Part shown: positions 52,456 to 56,485 of the stretch, one piece after another
Layout: each line of letters starts with the position of its first letter
Numbering within the stretch: position 1 is the first letter of the stretch
Source: a virus
Length of the DNA stretch: 56,485 nucleotides
Strand: one strand, 5' to 3'
IMG/VR virus record: IMGVR_UViG_3300011443_000003
Coordinates: 1 to 56,485 of that record
The notes under the pieces: model-generated
Databases searched by the model: none
Told to the model about the DNA's origin: nothing
What the model saw: the letters and a program-made list of their open reading frames with translations, nothing else
Program-made: the position numbers and the translations under genes

Positions 52456-54854
52456 TCTTCGGTGGTGGTTTCTGGTTCTTCTGCTTGTGTGGCGGCTGTT
52501 GCTGCCATTTCCTGCATGGTTCGCAGCGTTTCAGAACGTAGCTCTTGTGCAGTTCTTGCACCTTCATGAGCGAGTTCCTGAGCGGTTCGAGTATCTTCCC
52601 GACGAATGTTGGCTTTGAGTTCCTGATCCTTGCGCTGCTGGTCGAGTTCAAACTGCGCCTGCTTCTGAGCGGTCTTTAGGGCGTGAGATTCTCGGGTATT
52701 CGCCGCCTTCGCCGCTGCGGTAATCTGCATCGCCTGCACCTTGCCTGCGGTCAACGCGGCTTCCCCGTTGCCATTCTCGCCCTGCTGCTGTCCTTGGGCT
52801 TCCTGCAAGCGTTGCGCCATGCCTTTTACGTGGTTCATCATTTGGCCAAGCATGTCTCCATATTGTTTAAGACGCGGCTGATCCTCATCCCCGCCGCCGA
52901 TTGCCATGATGAACTTCTGGATATGCTGCGCAAGGTTTCCAAGTCCGATCACGTCTTGCATCGTTGGACCAGTTTGCTGAAGTAACTGAATCGTCGCTGC
53001 CATGTCCTGAAGCCATACCTGCACGTAATCCTCAAACACCATCCATGGCATCGGGTCGAACTGCAATCCACGCAAGATTCTATCCGTGCTCAACTGCGCG
53101 TCATGCTGCGATTTGCTGATTGGCTTGTTGGATTCGGTTGGGGCCAAATCTTCGGCTAAAGCGGGATCGTCGGTGAATACTTCAACTGCAATGTGATCGA
53201 CCCGTCGCTGTGCGTCAGGACCGAGAAATTGCCGCATCTGTAAGAGTTGGTTGGCCTGAGCAATTTCAAGTGTTTTATTCCCGCCTCCAAGAGTTCGCTC
53301 CGGGTCAATGTCCCAACGCTCGGAGTCGAGATAATCGGCGGGGACTCCTGCTCTAAGACAGGCTTTTTGGAACTCTTTGACTTCGGTGTAGGGTGAGTTT
53401 TTGATGCAGAATCTTCGTGCGATTTCACGGTATTGAGAGGTTTGATAGGTATACGCAAGATTGAGCATCCCGCTTACCATTGTGTTGACATTGTTTACCT
53501 TGGCCATGACTTCGGTAGCGGTTTGCTCCTTACCGCTTCCGCCTTTCTCGAAATCCTGAACGTAACTCGCCGCATTCTCGCTCAGAATTTGACGCATCAT
53601 GCCCAAGCCCATGTTAATCTGCCCAGAATCCGGCTTAAATCGCTCGTTAGACGGCACAAACGACACCCCTTGAGGTATTACGCCCATGTTGCTGAATACC
53701 GCTTTCTTTACGCGGTCAAAATCCTGTTGCCCTGCCGTGCGGAAGAACCAAAGCATCTGCTCGAACGTACTTTCGGTGAATTTACATTGCAGGCGGTTGA
53801 GTAAATCGACTACGCCCCACATCATCCAGCCAAGGGAGCGCACGGAATGATATTTGAAGGGTGCAACTGCGGAACAATCACCAAATTGGCAGTGCAGCAT
53901 CTCCGAAAGCTTGTTGGAATAGCAACGCTTCTTGGACGTGTATAGAAAGTCCTCCTGCTTATCCATTTTGGGCATACCGCCGCTATTTCGGTAGCTGGAA
54001 ACTTCATCTTTTCCCAAATCCCAATCCAGAAATATGCGCCTATACCATCCCTTGCCGTCTTCTGCCTCACGAAAGTAGCAATCCCATACGTCAATCGTCG
54101 GAACGGCGTCAGATCCCCAGAATCCAGAATCTTGTTTTATGAGTTCTTCCACTTTTTCTGGCATGTATTGGAAGGCGGTCATGTTCGGCTGTTTCCGCAA
54201 TTCTTCCGCGACGTATTTGAGCTGACTTTTGACCAACGGCATGTTCCAACCAGGATCAACCTTTGGACCGGAAGTCATTTCTACCAACTGCGTAGGTGTC
54301 CATTGGCGGAAAACACTGTACCATTCAAGATTCGAGAAATCCAAGTCGGTTTCTGAGGGGATTAGCAGGGAAGCGATTGGAATAGGAATAGGAATCGGGT
54401 CACGTCTATCTCGCCACACTGTCGGGCCTATGCCGTGAAGCATCACTTGCGCTCCGGTAGCCCTAATTTGCTCCATCATGGGCTGTGAACGCTTCAGACG
54501 ACGGTTGATCTGCGTGGTTATAATGTGGCTCCACTCCATGCGCTTGTGCGCGGGGCCGTCATCGAGGCCAACGGTGAAATAGTTACCGGGTTTGAGTAGG
54601 GCGGACGCCCATTGCCTGCGTGCATCTGTAAGAAGTCGGGTGCCTTGAAGGAAATTGCGGTTAACCTCAACACTGTTTTCCTCGGCTTTGCTCTCATCAA
54701 ATGGCGGCTCCCCATTATACGTTCTATTAAGGACTGCCCTGTTTTCACCACGCGGCATGTCGGCTAGACGGGCATTCCACACTACCTCACTTAGCCTTTG
54801 AGCATTGTCGAATCGCATAGAATTAAGAAGCCATCGATTGTTTATACGCCGCAC
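52452..54854 (-). CDS. Portal protein candidate
   Basis: About 790-800 aa. The track start at 54854 is GTG and the first ATG is at 54818. The C-terminus is a long helical Q/E/A-rich tail. The assignment rests on size and its position upstream of the scaffold and capsid genes. Confidence 0.55.
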   Translation of the reverse strand: MRRINNRWLLNSMRFDNAQRLSEVVWNARLADMPRGENRAVLNRTYNGEPPFDESKAEENSVEVNRNFLQGTRLLTDARRQWASALLKPGNYFTVGLDDGPAHKRMEWSHIITTQINRRLKRSQPMMEQIRATGAQVMLHGIGPTVWRDRRDPIPIPIPIASLLIPSETDLDFSNLEWYSVFRQWTPTQLVEMTSGPKVDPGWNMPLVKSQLKYVAEELRKQPNMTAFQYMPEKVEELIKQDSGFWGSDAVPTIDVWDCYFREAEDGKGWYRRIFLDWDLGKDEVSSYRNSGGMPKMDKQEDFLYTSKKRCYSNKLSEMLHCQFGDCSAVAPFKYHSVRSLGWMMWGVVDLLNRLQCKFTESTFEQMLWFFRTAGQQDFDRVKKAVFSNMGVIPQGVSFVPSNERFKPDSGQINMGLGMMRQILSENAASYVQDFEKGGSGKEQTATEVMAKVNNVNTMVSGMLNLAYTYQTSQYREIARRFCIKNSPYTEVKEFQKACLRAGVPADYLDSERWDIDPERTLGGGNKTLEIAQANQLLQMRQFLGPDAQRRVDHIAVEVFTDDPALAEDLAPTESNKPISKSQHDAQLSTDRILRGLQFDPMPWMVFEDYVQVWLQDMAATIQLLQQTGPTMQDVIGLGNLAQHIQKFIMAIGGGDEDQPRLKQYGDMLGQMMNHVKGMAQRLQEAQGQQQGENGNGEAALTAGKVQAMQITAAAKAANTRESHALKTAQKQAQFELDQQRKDQELKANIRREDTRTAQELAHEGARTAQELRSETLRTMQEMAATAATQAEEPETTTEE

Positions 54855-54884
54855 CAGTCAAGTTGTCATTAAGATTTTTCATGG

Positions 54885-55655
54885 CTAGTGCGATGCCAAT
54901 TCAATCTCCTGCCTGCTTCTAATCTGTTCAGGCTTATCGTTCTCAAGCCCGTCAGCCAATCGAGATAGCCTTTGACGTTCCTGAACGCTTGCCTCATCGT
55001 AGGTATCCGAATGCCGGAAATACGTCAGACAATTGCTTTGGTCGCCACGCCAAAGACAGTTTGCAGGCTTACGCCAATCCTTGGGTGCATACTCGCCATC
55101 CCACGTCACAAGCATCGCTGGCATTTTCCATGAAACAACCTTTCGCCAAAGCGCATTCCAGCCCCATTCAAAGCTGTAGCGTTCTTTGCGTGTTATCACA
55201 GGCTTTCCCCACTTGCGTATAAACTCGGGAGAGGTCAGAAAGCCGGTTGTCTGCAAATGTGGCCGCTGAAGGAATGATGCCATAGATCCATACATCCCCG
55301 GCCCGTGTTTTTCCCACGCCCCAACTATGCGCCTTAGCCAGCCTGCACGTTTAAAGTGAGCGGGTCCACCCAAGTAAAAGCAGGCATCGTAATCAAGAAA
55401 CATGGATGCCCATTGGTATCCGCCTATGTCCTGCCCCGTGTTGTCGGTGCGTTCGATGTAATGAAGATTTGGAATCGTACCGACGCACTCAATCTGATTC
55501 TTCATCTTCTGAGTGAGTCTACCGCCATTGCAGATAACAACCGTGTCATGTTCGCATCCCGGTGGAAATGCGCCGTAACTTAAAACGAATCGTAAGGCAA
55601 AATCGTCGTGCTCTCCTTGTAGAGCGGGATAGTTGTAGACGATTGCGAGTTTCAT
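54885..55655 (-). CDS. Hypothetical protein, possibly GT-A-like glycosyltransferase
   Basis: 256-aa ORF with an N-terminal MKLAIVYNY strand, then NTGQDIGGY and a DYD motif (LDYDACFYLG). The evidence is weak and motif-level only. Confidence 0.35.
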   Translation of the reverse strand: MKLAIVYNYPALQGEHDDFALRFVLSYGAFPPGCEHDTVVICNGGRLTQKMKNQIECVGTIPNLHYIERTDNTGQDIGGYQWASMFLDYDACFYLGGPAHFKRAGWLRRIVGAWEKHGPGMYGSMASFLQRPHLQTTGFLTSPEFIRKWGKPVITRKERYSFEWGWNALWRKVVSWKMPAMLVTWDGEYAPKDWRKPANCLWRGDQSNCLTYFRHSDTYDEASVQERQRLSRLADGLENDKPEQIRSRQEIELASH

Positions 55656-56290
55656 TTATGCGCCTTTTTCAGCGGCCTGAGAAACACGTCGGATATTTCC
55701 CACCCGTAGCTAAGTCTTTCAAATAAAGTTCTGATATCCATTCCGTAAATAGACGCCCATTCAGCCATTGTTTTTCGCTCCCCGTTGTATTCAATAATCC
55801 TATTGCTTCTTCTATTTCTTGCTTGTTGCGTAGCGGTAGCCCATCGACAGTTTTCTTTTGAATAGCCGAGATTGTTGTTGATCCGATCAATAGACAATCC
55901 CGGCTTCCACGTAGGACTCATGTCATCGTAAAACGCCTGAAAATCACTCCACTTATCGCAGACGGTTATTCCCCTATCAAAATAGCTTCCAGATCTGCGT
56001 GGATCTCTGCTTTTACATCGTCCTTTTAGCGAATTCCAACAGTTCCAAATAGGATGCTTCCACAATCCGTGAGTTGTTTTAGTTCTACTTGTTATTTCCG
56101 ATTTTAGACACCCACACGACTTGGATCTTCCGCTTGTAATGCTCCATTTAGACACCTCTCTTATTTGGCCGCAGTCGCATTTGCATACGAAATACTTTTT
56201 GTTTTGAGATCCAACTTTTTGAGACAATCGGATTACGGTATACCTTCCGAACGTCATTCCTGGCTCTACACTAAGTTTTCTCATAACCAT
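55652..56290 (-). CDS. HNH-family (SIDRIxN-type) homing-endonuclease-like DNA-binding protein
   Basis: 212-aa ORF with CKCDCG...CGC, LSIDRINNNLGYSKENCRWATATQQARN, and a C-terminal TMAEWASIYGMDIRTLFERLSYGW HTH-like segment. Confidence 0.6.
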   Translation of the reverse strand: MVMRKLSVEPGMTFGRYTVIRLSQKVGSQNKKYFVCKCDCGQIREVSKWSITSGRSKSCGCLKSEITSRTKTTHGLWKHPIWNCWNSLKGRCKSRDPRRSGSYFDRGITVCDKWSDFQAFYDDMSPTWKPGLSIDRINNNLGYSKENCRWATATQQARNRRSNRIIEYNGERKTMAEWASIYGMDIRTLFERLSYGWEISDVFLRPLKKAHK

Positions 56291-56485
56291 TCCCTAGGTA
56301 TTGAAAATGTTCCGTTTTTAACGTAGATCGCGTTTTTCCTTTTTAGTCTACAATTTGGATTAGAAACCCATTCCTCGACGATCACATTCTTACCAAGCCC
56401 GAGAGCAATAGCTAAAGCACTACTTTGATTACCTATAAAGACACTGCTTCCATTGATTACTTTAGCCAGCTCTAGGAAATTAGAA
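56281..56485 (-). CDS. C-terminal end of the wrap-around glycosyltransferase-like CDS (continuation of 1-1322)
   Basis: Reading the minus strand across the junction gives ...VEEWVSNPNCRLKRKNAIYVKNGTFSIPREWL, with the stop at 56283-56281. This overlaps the next ATG at 56290. Confidence 0.65.
   Translation of the reverse strand, partial: SNFLELAKVINGSSVFIGNQSSALAIALGLGKNVIVEEWVSNPNCRLKRKNAIYVKNGTFSIPREWL
56363..56485. repeat. Terminal direct repeat, copy 2 (identical to 1-123)
   Basis: Base-by-base comparison with the window start. Confidence 0.9.

Noticed and set aside
1-56485. Integrated prophage or temperate element with attP at the tRNA fragment
   Set aside because: No tyrosine or serine recombinase, excisionase or CI/Cro pair was recognisable in any frame. 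The contig closes on itself with phage genes only.
1-56485. Diversity-generating retroelement or retron associated with the fibre and lectin-like genes
   Set aside because: No ORF shows reverse-transcriptase motifs (no YxDD core), and I did not see a template/variable repeat pair.

Overview
The window is one complete, circularly closed (or circularly permuted) dsDNA tailed-phage genome. Bases 1-123 are identical to 56363-56485, giving a 56,362-bp unit, and one CDS runs across the junction. All calls come from reading the sequence and the ORF track. Family names are motif recognition from memory, not search results.

Layout: about 90% of genes are on the minus strand in one tightly coupled series with many ATGA or TAATG stop/start overlaps. 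In transcription order the series runs:
- small early-type genes (9405 down to 5571)
- large terminase (5574-2884)
- DNA methyltransferase, HTH protein and a glycosyltransferase cluster that crosses the junction
- portal, scaffold-like protein and a five-gene accessory insert
- major capsid candidate and small Cys-motif proteins
- LRR fibre-like protein and a block of signal-peptide proteins that includes an S8 subtilase
- tail and internal proteins, including a 1489-aa giant
- a recombination/replication module (22480-14165)

A short plus-strand operon (11474-13995) and about 2 kb of low-coding DNA (9457-11473) form the strand-switch region. No integrase, DNA polymerase, reverse transcriptase, complete tRNA, CRISPR array or recognisable peptidoglycan hydrolase was seen.

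Most notable observations:
1. The terminase carries an intein exactly after its Walker B DE. A Vsr/DUF559-like endonuclease ORF is nested out of frame inside that intein, while the terminase frame stays stop-free across it.
2. An 8.5-kb late-operon block encodes at least six proteins with Sec or lipoprotein signal peptides: an S8 protease, an SBBP beta-propeller, a LamG-like protein and an almost charge-free N/Y/F/T/V repeat protein.
3. About 19 near-perfect in-frame 12-bp tandem repeats, (SQVx)n, lie in one CDS.
4. Three small proteins downstream of the capsid gene are built from a repeated CxxC-x3-Q-x(7-9)-LL module.
5. A terminator-capped non-coding stretch is followed immediately by a tRNA-Gly(UCC)-like 5' half.

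Shine-Dalgarno motifs are mostly absent. Signal peptides end in AQ-type sites and one tail protein has DUF5977-like motifs. These weakly suggest a Bacteroidota-like Gram-negative host, which is inference only.
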